From the NCBI GenBank assembly GCA_965240325.2, contig OZ251229.1, positions 1,488,001-1,552,000 of the forward strand: 64,000 nucleotides of DNA, given 5' to 3'. Of this stretch, positions 45,511 to 55,917 are shown one piece after another. Source of the stretch: Rebecca billardiae RCC1528. Taxonomy: Eukaryota; Protista; Haptophyta. Below the pieces are notes generated by a model, which worked only from the letters and a program-made list of their open reading frames with translations, had not been told where the DNA came from and searched no databases. The position numbers and the translations under genes were made by a program. Each line of letters begins with the position of its first letter. The stretch's first letter is position 1.

Positions 45511-48500
45511 ATGATGCTGCAACGGTCGTCCTGCCGCGTCGGCGTCGCCGCACTCGCCGCCATGGCGGCCACCATCTTCGCGGCGGTGGCGGCGGGGCGG
45601 CTCGTGCTCTCGCACGCGTCGAGTGCTTCGATTCGCCACGTGCGGCGCCACACCTCGCACTTCGCCGCCCCGGGCGATCAGCGCTCCGGGCTGGCTCAGG
45701 GCCGCTACATCATCACCCCGGAGCTGCTCGGCAAGCGCGGCGCGGTGCACGCCGTGATCGGAGGCGTGGGCTCCACCCCGCCGCACGACGCGCCGAGCCG
45801 TCCCCCGCCTCCACCGCCCTTCCCACCCTCGGCCAGCGACGACCCTGACGCAGCGCTGCGCACGCTCATCGACCCCAGCCGGGCGCCGGATTCGCCGCCC
45901 GGAAACATCGAAGCCGAGAACGCGAGCTGGGCGCCCGCGGCCGCGTGGCCCGCGGACGAGCACTGCGACACGGCGCGTGCGGACGCGTACCATCTCGTGC
46001 CGGGGCCCGGCTGCGAGCCGCACTGCACGGCCTGCCAGATGGTCTGTCTTCCCGAGTCACTGCTGGACGCGTTCAAATTGCATGGCGGACAGCTTGGCAG
46101 CACGTGCGCCGCGAAGGGCTGCGCCACGCTGGTGGAGAACGGCACGCACGCGGGCCTGCGCTATGCCACGTTCACATGCGAGCGCGCCGCCATGGACGCC
46201 GTGCTGCTGCGGACGCGCAGGCAGGTGGCGCACGCCGCGCGCGCCGCGGCCCAGGCCCAGGCCCCAGCCAGCGCTGGCACCGCTGTCGCCGCTGGCGATG
46301 CCTCCAGCCGCCTCCCTCGGGCGCATCCGCCGCCGAGCCCGCGGCTGGTGCTGCCTCCGCCAGCCGGGCGCGAGCGTGTGCGCCTGGCTGCGCGCGCGCG
46401 CGTGCTCATCTACGTGCTGTGGGTCTTGGTCTTCCTGCTCGCGCTCGGCGCGTTCTGTCTCGCCGTGCGCAGCGGGCGCGCCGCGGTCTCGCCCTCGGTG
46501 CCAGCCAGCCGAGTCGCGGCGGGCGGGGCTCACGCGGGCGGTGCACGCTCCGGGCCGGCGCCGGCGCGCCGGATTGGCACGAAGCGCGCCGTGCCCGTCT
46601 CGCCCTCCGTCGACTCGCCGCGCTCGGCGGCGGACGCCCTCCTGCCTGCGACGAGGCGGCCGCTCACGTCAGCGCGCATGCACGAGCTTGAGAAAGAACT
46701 CCGCCGCGCGCGCCGGCAGCAGCAGGGAGGGGAAGACGGCGGGAGCGGCGGTGAGGCACGGGTCCGCGCGCTGGAGGCGGAGCTCAAGCGCGAGCGGCGC
46801 GCGTTGCTCGGCCTCCCCGTCGACGAGGACGCGCCGGCGCTCGTCCTGCCCTCGGAGCAAGGCAGCGGCGCGCTGCTGCCCTCAACAGAGGCGCAGCGCA
46901 CTCGGCCAGAGTCGCCGGCGCGAGCGCTGCGCGCGCCGAAGGAGGAGCCGACGGCGGAGACGGAGGCGGCGAGAGCTGCGCGCGCGACTCGGCTGTGCGC
47001 ACTCCTTGCCGCCGCGTGGTGCGCGCTGCTCGTGCTGCTCGTGCTGCTGCTCGAGCTCGGCGCGATCTCAGCGCTGGCGCCGGCGCCGCCCGAGCCGGAG
47101 CTGAGCACTGGGCTGACGCTGCCGAGCGCTCAGCTGGGGGCGTGGCTGACACGCCCGGCGGCAGGGCACGCCGCGGTGCCCGGCGTGAGCGAGCGGGTGG
47201 AGCAGTCGTACGCGCCGCTCCGCCCCAACATCCTCGTCTACCTCGCCAGCGACCTCGGGTACGCCGATCCGCGCGCCTTCTCCGAGCAGGCGTGCGGTGC
47301 GGCCGGCCGATCGCCCCACGCGACGCCCCACCTCGACCAGCTCTCTCGCGAGGGCCTCTCGCTCACGCAGTACCTGACCGAGCCGGTGTGCACGCCGGCG
47401 CGCGCCGCGCTGCTCACCGGCCGCCAGCCGGCGCGCGCCGGCCTCGGCGCCGACGTGCTCCCGCAGCGCAGCCTCTTCTCGCCGGGCGCGCCCGCGGGTC
47501 TGCGCGCAGCCGAGATCACGCTGGCGAGCGCGGTGCGCTCAGCCGGGTACGCCACTGGCTTCTCCGGCGTGTGGCACCTCGGCGTGAGCGCGGGCGAGGG
47601 CGCGGAGGGCAACGGCACGATGGCGTTCATGCCGCCGGCGCACGGCTTCGACTCGTCGCTCGCGCTGCCCGCGGCGAACAGTGCGGCGTGCTCGCCGTAC
47701 GCGCCGGCGGGCGCGCACCCTCCGCCAGGGTTCGCTCGCTCGGCTGAACGCTGCTTCCTTGTCGCCAACAGCACAATCGTGCAGCAGCCCGCGTACATGT
47801 TCGGGCTGCAGCGCAACCTGGTGGAGCACGCGCGCGCGTGCATGAGCGGCGCCACGCGGCGCGGCGTGCCCTGGCTCCACCTCTTCGCCGACGCGCACCC
47901 GAGCGTGGCGCTCTTCACCAACCCCGAGTTTGGCGCCGGTCCGGATGGGTCGGCGCACGGGTCCGGCTCGGCCGACGTCCCGTACGGCCAGGTGCTCCGC
48001 GAGCTCGACTGGGCGGTGGGCGAGCTGATCGCGCACGTGGACGGGCTGGGCCAGACGTCGCAGACGCTGCTGCTCTTCGCGTCGGCCAACGGGCCGGCGC
48101 GCGAGGCGGGCTGGGACGCGTCGGGCCGCACGTGCGGGCTGAAGGGAGGCAAGGGCCAGACCTGGGAGGGGGGCATACGCACGCCCGCGATCGTTCGCTG
48201 GCCGGGGACGGTCCCGGCCGGCGCGCGCTCCGACGCGCCCGTGCGCTCGCTCGACCTGATGCCGACGGTACTCGCGCTCGTGGGCGTGCGCCTGCCCGCA
48301 GGCGTCGCGCTTGACGGCCTCGACCAGTCCGTCTTCCTGCGCACCGCGCGCGATGAGCACAACCCGTGGCTAGCGCCGGGCGCGCGTGCGCAGCTGCACT
48401 TTTGTGGCACGCGGCCCATCGCGGCGCGCGTGGGCCAGCTCAAGGTGCACTGGGCGACGCAGAACTGGGCGCAGCCGGGCGAGGCGGACATGCAGCGCAG

Positions 48501-49176
48501 CGGCACGTACGATCCGGCCGTGTGCGTCGAGTGCTGCAGCGCGGCCGGCTGGACGGGCGGGCTGCACGGCGATGTGACCATGTGTCAATGCGACGACGGC
48601 GCTCTCACGTGGCACGACCCACCGCTCGTCTTCGCGATGGACTCGGATCGCAACGAGACGAGCCCGATCCGGGAGGGCGAGCAGTACGACGACGCCCTCG
48701 CGCGCGCGAGCGCTGCGAGGGACGAGCTCACGCGCCAGCTCGACCGTGACGGCGGGCCGCCGCCGTGCGTCGCGTGCGCGCTGCCTGTGCCGCTCAGCGC
48801 ATGGCCGTGCTGCGGCGGGCACGCCAGTGCACGCGCGCCACAGTGCACGAGCCGGCCGTCGGCGCAGGATATGCACACCCTCCGCCACTACAGTGACCCT
48901 GCTGCGACCCGCGAGACGCTCGAGCGCCTCGTGCGCGAGTGCACAAGCGCTGCCGACCGCGAGTACGCGCTGGCCGTGCTGCTGGCAAGTGCGGCGCGCG
49001 CGTCTGCCGCAGGCGGGCCACGCCCACGGGTCGGCGCGCGTGGCGCCGCAGCGAGGCTCAACACGTCATACCCGTGCACGTGTGACCTGTGTACGGCGCC
49101 CGACAAGTACGACGGCGGTGATGCTGCTGACGGCGACAGCGATGAGTATCTGTGTCGGCCGTTCGGCTGGCATTAG
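45511..49176 (+). CDS. Multi-TM protein with a C-terminal arylsulfatase-like domain (possibly inactive)
   Basis: RPNIL..LASDLGY, TPHLD, CTPARAALLTGR, WHLG, GGKG.TWEGGIRTP; Cys-rich tail; hydrophobic helices upstream. Confidence 0.8.
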   Translation: MMLQRSSCRVGVAALAAMAATIFAAVAAGRLVLSHASSASIRHVRRHTSHFAAPGDQRSGLAQGRYIITPELLGKRGAVHAVIGGVGSTPPHDAPSRPPPPPPFPPSASDDPDAALRTLIDPSRAPDSPPGNIEAENASWAPAAAWPADEHCDTARADAYHLVPGPGCEPHCTACQMVCLPESLLDAFKLHGGQLGSTCAAKGCATLVENGTHAGLRYATFTCERAAMDAVLLRTRRQVAHAARAAAQAQAPASAGTAVAAGDASSRLPRAHPPPSPRLVLPPPAGRERVRLAARARVLIYVLWVLVFLLALGAFCLAVRSGRAAVSPSVPASRVAAGGAHAGGARSGPAPARRIGTKRAVPVSPSVDSPRSAADALLPATRRPLTSARMHELEKELRRARRQQQGGEDGGSGGEARVRALEAELKRERRALLGLPVDEDAPALVLPSEQGSGALLPSTEAQRTRPESPARALRAPKEEPTAETEAARAARATRLCALLAAAWCALLVLLVLLLELGAISALAPAPPEPELSTGLTLPSAQLGAWLTRPAAGHAAVPGVSERVEQSYAPLRPNILVYLASDLGYADPRAFSEQACGAAGRSPHATPHLDQLSREGLSLTQYLTEPVCTPARAALLTGRQPARAGLGADVLPQRSLFSPGAPAGLRAAEITLASAVRSAGYATGFSGVWHLGVSAGEGAEGNGTMAFMPPAHGFDSSLALPAANSAACSPYAPAGAHPPPGFARSAERCFLVANSTIVQQPAYMFGLQRNLVEHARACMSGATRRGVPWLHLFADAHPSVALFTNPEFGAGPDGSAHGSGSADVPYGQVLRELDWAVGELIAHVDGLGQTSQTLLLFASANGPAREAGWDASGRTCGLKGGKGQTWEGGIRTPAIVRWPGTVPAGARSDAPVRSLDLMPTVLALVGVRLPAGVALDGLDQSVFLRTARDEHNPWLAPGARAQLHFCGTRPIAARVGQLKVHWATQNWAQPGEADMQRSGTYDPAVCVECCSAAGWTGGLHGDVTMCQCDDGALTWHDPPLVFAMDSDRNETSPIREGEQYDDALARASAARDELTRQLDRDGGPPPCVACALPVPLSAWPCCGGHASARAPQCTSRPSAQDMHTLRHYSDPAATRETLERLVRECTSAADREYALAVLLASAARASAAGGPRPRVGARGAAARLNTSYPCTCDLCTAPDKYDGGDAADGDSDEYLCRPFGWH

Positions 49177-49507
49177 TCCGCTAGGCGCTACTGTCCGGTC
49201 GTCGGCGCCGCTGGTGATCGAGTGGTAGTGGTCTGATGATGACTGGTGGAGGGCTCGGGGACGTCAGGCCCGGCCGTCGTGATTCAAATAACTACGCGAC
49301 TGATGCGACGTGGCATTGGTCAGGTGCACTGATTCCGCGGGCGCCGCCGCCGTCGGGCACTCTGCGGCCGGGCTGCATCGGCTGGGCTGCAGTGACCCGC
49401 GTCACGGTTGTGGCGCTAGACAAGCAACGGCAGCAGCTTGGCGCATGCGCGCAAAGGCGTGATGCGCGGCTGAGCGCACCACTCGGCTGCAGGCAGCACC
49501 GAGTCCG

Positions 49508-50470
49508 TCAGGCGCCGTGCGCGAGGATGTCGTTGAGCAGCACGTCGCAAACGTCTTCGAATGTGCTAGTCGCCGCCGCGTCGCCGGGTAGGCACTCACG
49601 CGGCTGCCATGCAGTGTGCATGAAGCTCGTGTGGAGCTCCGCATCGCCGGCAGACGAGCTCGGCGCCGTCGAAGGCGTGTTGAGGAGGGGAAGCGGCAAC
49701 AGCAGGGCGGCTGACGCCGGGGTGCATGACGGCTGCTGCTGCTGCTGCCAGAGCAGCTGGTGGTAGTAGTGGAGGTCGGCGCCGAACATGGCCTTGGCGA
49801 CATCGTGCGGGCTGCCCGGGAAGACGCATGGCGCACCGGCAGCCTCCGTGACGCACGCGTTGTCATCATGGTTGGGCACAGAGCGAGAGGGGCGCGCCAG
49901 CTGGACGAGGCCGCTGTTCACCGCCGAAGCGAGCTCGCGCGCGAGCAGCGCGTGGAAGGTCGGGATCTGCTGCTGCTGCTGCGCTGCTCGCCACGTGAGC
50001 GCGTTGGCGGGCAAAGGCGGCGTGGCGGCATGTGGCAGGGCACGCAGCTGGTCCGGCACGTCCAGCGGCGGCGTGTGCATGCTCGCGCGCGCAGTCGACG
50101 GCGCACTCGGCACGACGATCGGAGTTGCGGACACGTCCACGTGTGCGTCCGAGCGAGACGCGTCCGGCCGCGCGACGGTGGCCAGGGCCTGCGGCGTGAG
50201 GAGCACGGGAAGCATGGCGGAGATCGGGCCCTCGAGCGTCGTGTTCGGCAAGGCGTCCGCGCCGTGCCGCTTGCGCAGGCGCTGCCGCTTGTTCTGGAAC
50301 CAGATCCTGGCTTGGCGCGGGTGGACGTTGAGCGACTTGGCGAGCGCATCGACCGTCAGCCGGTTGGGCATGTTCGACACGTGGAAGACGGACTCCAGGA
50401 GCAGCCGCTGCGCCGGGAGCGGCCGCCAGCGGTGCTTCACGTGCGCGTCAGATCGGCCGGCATTGGGCAT
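49508..50470 (-). CDS. Homeodomain transcription factor (paralog 2), intronless
   Basis: HRWRPLPAQRLLLESVF...QARIWFQNKRQRLRK; first ATG follows a poly-C run on the coding strand. Confidence 0.88.
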   Translation of the reverse strand: MPNAGRSDAHVKHRWRPLPAQRLLLESVFHVSNMPNRLTVDALAKSLNVHPRQARIWFQNKRQRLRKRHGADALPNTTLEGPISAMLPVLLTPQALATVARPDASRSDAHVDVSATPIVVPSAPSTARASMHTPPLDVPDQLRALPHAATPPLPANALTWRAAQQQQQIPTFHALLARELASAVNSGLVQLARPSRSVPNHDDNACVTEAAGAPCVFPGSPHDVAKAMFGADLHYYHQLLWQQQQQPSCTPASAALLLPLPLLNTPSTAPSSSAGDAELHTSFMHTAWQPRECLPGDAAATSTFEDVCDVLLNDILAHGA

Positions 50471-51352
50471 GGCGGGGGGGGGGGGGGGGGGGTACGAATC
50501 GAGCGTGGCGGGGGAGGACCGAGGGAGGGCCACGGATGTCCACGCTCGTCTTTTTGCGGTGTTGGTCGGATCGAGTTGGGGCCAGCACACGTAAGAGGTT
50601 TGACCGCGAACCGATGAACTCAACGACGGGCCCCGTATTGATTGGTAATTCGTCGATGGTTTAAAGACACATAATGTATGAGTTCGCGTGGTGGAATCTG
50701 TAGCCAATACGCCTTTCGCGATCAACCGTACTTAAGGCCATGGACTCAAATAATGGGTAATATATATTTGATACCCACTTTCCTGATACCTGTATATTTA
50801 ATGACGTGGTACCTGTATATGTGGCGAATCGGCCTTTCGCGAACAACTGTACTTGCGCTCAGGTATTGGGATCATGGGAAGTCGACCATTGGATACCCAC
50901 TTTCCTGGTACCCGAACCTGTAGTCGTGTGTCCATATTCATCATGGATTCCTGTTGTACGCGCGCGGACGACGACACGGCGACACCGCCGGCGCAAATTC
51001 ATTAGCATGAGTAATCTTGCTACATCACCATCGTCATGAGTGCAGGAACTTGTTTCGTGGGTGCGCACCAATTTCAAGCTGCACTCACTCCTCGGAGTGA
51101 GTGCATGTAATCAACTCATCAATATGCATACGTATGATTGATGACACTTGCCAGACAGTGGCACTCACGTCATTATCTAATTATCATAGCTGCGTGCTCA
51201 GCATTGTTTAATTAGCAGCGAGCAATGAGCATGACAGCAGTAACGGGCGCGCCCGACCGTACGATACGATAGTGACGCATGTGACTGCGCTGGCAGAATG
51301 AGCAGAATCAGACTCTGACAGGCTGCTCGGACTCACTCTGCACTACTCAGTA

Positions 51353-52426
51353 CTCTGACGGAGGCCGCTCGAGCGACTTCGTGTCTGGCGAGGCAGATCG
51401 CGCCAGTGCGTGGCGAGGCAGACGCTCGCCTGCCTCGCCGCTTGGCGAGGCAGCTAAGCTAGTAAAGCCGCGGCCGAACTTTACGAAAGCCAAATGTCTG
51501 CCGGTGCGCCGCCCGTCTTTTGCGCACGGTGACAAGGGCGCGCGAGGGCGCTTCCTCACGATCCCGAAGAGCGCTGCGCGCGGCGTCGCGTTGGCGGCGG
51601 CAGCGGCGCTGGGGTGTATCTTGCCCATTCTGCGTGGCGGCGCGCTCTCATGACGCCTCGGCCGCCGCCACGCCATGCGCGACCGGGCGTGTCGCCTTCT
51701 TGACGGGCAGTGCACACGCCCTTGCAAGCGCACAGCCGTGAAGAGCCGAGAGCGTCCGTCGCGAGCACGCCGCCCACGCGGGATGCGTTATGCTGTCACC
51801 GAAGCCACCTTGCGCATGCGCTTCGCCGAGTTCGCCATGCGTTCAGAGCAGTCAAGATCGCTGAACGAGAGGATGTCATCGGCTGAAATGCAGGTTAGCA
51901 GTGCTCATCGTAGCTGCTACCCATGGTCATCCTGGCTCGCACATGCCAGAGCGCGAGCACCCAGTGTCATACGAATAGCCCTGGCAACGCATCCCGCGTG
52001 GGCGGCGTGCTCGCGACGGACGCTCTCGGCTCTTCACGGCTGTGCGCTTGCAAGGGCGTGTGCACTGCCCGTCAAGAAGGCGACACGCCCGGTCGCGCAT
52101 GGCGTGGCGGCGGCCGAGGCGTCATGAGAGCGCGCCGCCACGCAGAATGGGCAAGATACACCCCAGCGCCGCTGCCGCCGCCAACGCGACGCCGCGCGCA
52201 GCGCTCTTCGGGATCGTGAGGAAGCGCCCTCGCGCGCCCTTGTCACCGTGCGCAAAAGACGGGCGGCGCACCGGCAGACATTTGGCTTTCGTAAAGTTCG
52301 GCCGCGGCGTTACTAGCTTAGCTGCCTCGCCAAGCGGCGAGGCAGGCGAGCGTCTGCCTCGCCACGCACTGGCGCGATCTGCCTCGCCAGACACGAAGTC
52401 GCTCGAGTGGCCTCTGACGGTCTGAG
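51353..52426. mobile_element. Foldback/long-TIR element 1 (429-bp arms, 196-bp spacer), TA-flanked
   Basis: 51361-51789 is the reverse complement of 51986-52414 with about two mismatches seen; TA at 51351 and 52427. Confidence 0.85.
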
Positions 52427-52572
52427 TACTCAGCCGTGTCTGAAACTGAGTGAAACTGAAAGTGCTGTCCGCAGCTCGGTTTCGCGATTGTTTGCCATGT
52501 CTACTCTCAGACTCAGTCTCACTGACACTCAAGCAGACTGTCTGCTAGTTAATTAGACTGCCAGAACTAACA

Positions 52573-52575
<3 letters not shown>

Positions 52576-52628
<53 letters not shown>

Positions 52629-52775
52629 ATAATTCCTCCGTACTTTTATATTAGACGAGCCAGCCCGGTACCGCGAGCCCGCGGTCGGAGTCGAGTACGG
52701 ATCAAGCAGAGCATCCGGAGTCTAACGAGAGGAGACAGAGACGAGCCGAGAGGCTATATATAAGTCATCATCAGG

Positions 52776-52816
<41 letters not shown>
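52576..52816. repeat. Two (TA)n microsatellites (~52576-52625, ~52780-52816)
   Basis: Read directly from the sequence. Confidence 0.97.
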
Positions 52817-52822
<6 letters not shown>

Positions 52823-52894
52823 TCAATGATGGTGTCATGACTCATGTCACTGACTGTTGAGTCTGTTGTGCAGTGACGTCAGCGACCGTACGGG

Positions 52895-54048
52895 CTACGG
52901 CATCGGCGGCAGCAGATGCAGATCGAGCTCCGACTGGCGCCGCCCGACGAAGATCTCCACCGCATGCCACACGAAGCTGCCGATTGGCTCGATACCACGC
53001 CACAGCAGGTCGAGGTGCAGCCTCGTCCACTCCTGCGTGAGCGTGAGGCCCGACGCGCTGAAGATGAAGGCCGCGCCGGAGGCGGGCGCACGGCCGAGCT
53101 GGCGGCTGGCCGCGGCGGCCATGCCTGCCTCGCTAAGGGGCGGGCAGACGCAGCACATGTGCACGCCCATGTCCGCCGAGCTCGCGCCTCGCAGCGGCCC
53201 GAAGGTCGTGAAGAAGGAGTTGGGGCTCGCGAGGACGGGGAACGCGGGCGGCGCGAAGTGTGCGTACAGGGGCGCGCGCGCGTCGAGGGCGAACGGCGCG
53301 CCGTCCTTGGTCAGCTCGAGTCGCTCCAGGCCGGAGGTGCAGCCGGTGGCCCAGACGACAACGTCGCACGGGACGACGCGGCCGTCCGCCAGCGCGAGCC
53401 CGCCCGTCACCAGCCCCACCGGCTCGGCCGACGACTCGCGCCGCGCGACGCGGCGCAGCTCCGAGCGCTGCGCCGCGCACAGGACGCCGAAGTGATGCCG
53501 CCGCAGCTCGGCGTGCGGCTCGCCGGCCGGCGCGACGAGCACGTCCGCGCCCCACTGCATCAGCGCGGCGAGCGTGGGCGCGAAGGCGGACCAGATGAAC
53601 GAGCACAGCACGACCACGCCGCGCACGCGGTCGAGCAGGGTGCGCACCACCAGCGCCGCCTCGTACTTGTAGAACAGGTACCCACGTCGGTACACCCAAG
53701 TGAGCCGCTCGGCCGCGCCCGCGCGCACGAACAGGCTGAGCACGTCGCACGCCGACTTGCCCGCGCCGACGACGGCGACGCGCGCGCCGCTCGCGACGAG
53801 CTCGTCGTAGACGCGCGCGTTCAGACCCATCACGTGCAGCTCGCGCGGCGCGCCCGGCTCCGCCGCGTCGCGCAGCGCGGGTGTGTGCGCGCCGGCTGCC
53901 GTGCTCGCATGCACGATCAGATCGAACGGGCCCTCGACGCGCCGCACGCCCGTGCGCGCGTCCTCGAGCCGCAGGCTCGCAGTGCGCCGGGCCGAGTCGT
54001 AGTCCACGCCGAGCACGCGCGTGTGCAGCCGCACCACGCCGCCGCCCT

Positions 54049-54080
<32 letters not shown>

Positions 54081-54679
54081 CCCTCGCCCTCCGCCGGCGC
54101 GCGGAGCAGCCCCCTGGCGAGCGCGAACGCGCGCGTGTACGCGTGTACCTCGTCCGCGCTCAGCTTGCCGTCGAGGACGTCTGCGTCCGCGGTGTACGCG
54201 AAGCGCTCGAACGACGAGAGCCACACGGGCGCGTGCAGCTGAAGCCCGTGGTACGCTGCGCCCGGCCGCCACAGCCCGCCGACGTCGCCGCTCTCGTCGA
54301 ATGCACGCACCTCGCGAACGCCCAGGGCGCGCAGCCGCGCAGCGCACGCGAGGCCGCTCCATCCGGCGCCGATGATGGCAACGCGGAGCGAGGAGGGCGG
54401 GCGGTGGTAAGATTCACGCCCACGCCTCCATCTGCGCGCCGCCTCGAGAAGCACGATCAGCGGGCTCACCGCGACCACCGTAACAACCGTCGCGCTCACT
54501 GCCGTGAGCGCGAATGCCCAGCCGGCCGCGGCCAGCAGGAGTGGGCGCGGTGGCTCAGGAGGGGGCGTGGCGAGGAGCGCGCTCAGCGGGGTCACGCCAT
54601 CGGGCAGCTCTGGCCTCGCCGAGCCGTCGGCATCTCTGCCGCTCCCTGAGGCCGCGGCGCGCCTCAGCGCGTCACCCAT
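52895..54679 (-). CDS. Flavin-containing monooxygenase (FMO/BVMO-like) with N-terminal TM
   Basis: IIGAGWSG, GGLW, VVGAGKSA, VVWATG. Confidence 0.85.
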
Positions 54680-54777
54680 GTGATCCGCGATCTCAGATCG
54701 CAGCCGCGTCGCCGCGAGCGTTGTGACAGAAGTCCGGCACGCCGTGCGGGCGTGCGCTTGCTCGGCTGCGCCGCACG

Positions 54778-55917
54778 ATGGTGCGGCAGCTCGCGGCGTA
54801 CGAGACGCTCGAGGCACGATCAGCCGAGCCGGCCGCGCCACCCCCATGCAACGCGCTGGCATACGTGCACATGTGCCACTGCTGGTCGCCGGGCATCTGC
54901 CGATGGATCGTCGCCGAAGCGGATGCGTTCGGCGGTTGGTCGGTCGATCGGCACCGCTCCGTGCCGACGACGGACCTCGAGGTGCTGCGCGTGCCGACCC
55001 TGCGCGCGTGGCTCCAGCACGAGACGCGTGAGACCATCTTCCCGACCCTCGCCACCCTGTATGGCTTCGAGGCCCGCGAGCTCCGCTACATGGACCTCTT
55101 CCTCGTGCGCTACGAGGCGGCGACTGACGGGCGCGACACGCAGCGCGGGCTGCGCGGCCATCGCGACCGCTCTCTGCTCTCGTTCACGGTGCTGCTCTCG
55201 GACCCGCACGACTTTGACGGGGGCGGCACGCGCATCGACGCGCTCGGCCATTCGGCGGTCCACCCCGAAGCGCAGGGCGACCTGTGCACGCACTGCGGCA
55301 AGCTGCGGCACGCTGGCGCGGCGGTCACGCGCGGCGTGCGGTATGTTCTCGTCGGCTTTGTGGGCGTCTCGTCGCCACGCGTGGACCAGGACTTTGTGCG
55401 CTCGCTGTACGCCAAGCTGAACGTGGAGAGCACGGCGCGCGACCTTAGGATCCTCGAGCGCGCTCTCATCCGCGGCGGGAGCGCCGGCACGACCGACAGC
55501 GCTGAGGGCCGCGGCACGCAACGCGAGAGGGGAGATGGTGCCGGCGAGCCTGCCGCAGAGGCGGACGGAGCGCTTCGCGTGGAGCGCGCCGGCTCGGACG
55601 CCGCGCCGATGGGGTTGGAGGCGGTGCCGGGGACTCATGCTCGGGCTGATCCGAAGCTCACCGACGCGACCGGTGACGTGCGGCAGCTCCTGGTGCGGCC
55701 ACGAGCGACGGCACGTGCGGTCGATGGGCTCGATGCTGCCGGCGCTCACAGCTGCTGCAGCGGTGACGCCGAATGTGTTCCGAGCGGCATCCGTCCCATC
55801 ACCATGCCGCGTGGCAGCGGCCACCATTCCGTCGTCGCAGCAGCGCGCGAGGAGGTGGGACCAGACTCCTTCGACGCTGCACTCGATACTATGTATGCCT
55901 CTGCTGCGATCTTATGA
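54778..55917 (+). CDS. Fe(II)/2OG dioxygenase (prolyl/lysyl hydroxylase-like)
   Basis: DLFLVRYE, HRD, FDGGGT, LRHAG..VTRGVRYVLVGF. Confidence 0.85.
   Translation: MVRQLAAYETLEARSAEPAAPPPCNALAYVHMCHCWSPGICRWIVAEADAFGGWSVDRHRSVPTTDLEVLRVPTLRAWLQHETRETIFPTLATLYGFEARELRYMDLFLVRYEAATDGRDTQRGLRGHRDRSLLSFTVLLSDPHDFDGGGTRIDALGHSAVHPEAQGDLCTHCGKLRHAGAAVTRGVRYVLVGFVGVSSPRVDQDFVRSLYAKLNVESTARDLRILERALIRGGSAGTTDSAEGRGTQRERGDGAGEPAAEADGALRVERAGSDAAPMGLEAVPGTHARADPKLTDATGDVRQLLVRPRATARAVDGLDAAGAHSCCSGDAECVPSGIRPITMPRGSGHHSVVAAAREEVGPDSFDAALDTMYASAAIL

Noticed and set aside
51080-51105. 12-bp hairpin as a Helitron 3' end or terminator
   Set aside because: No CTRR terminus at the expected distance and no U-tract
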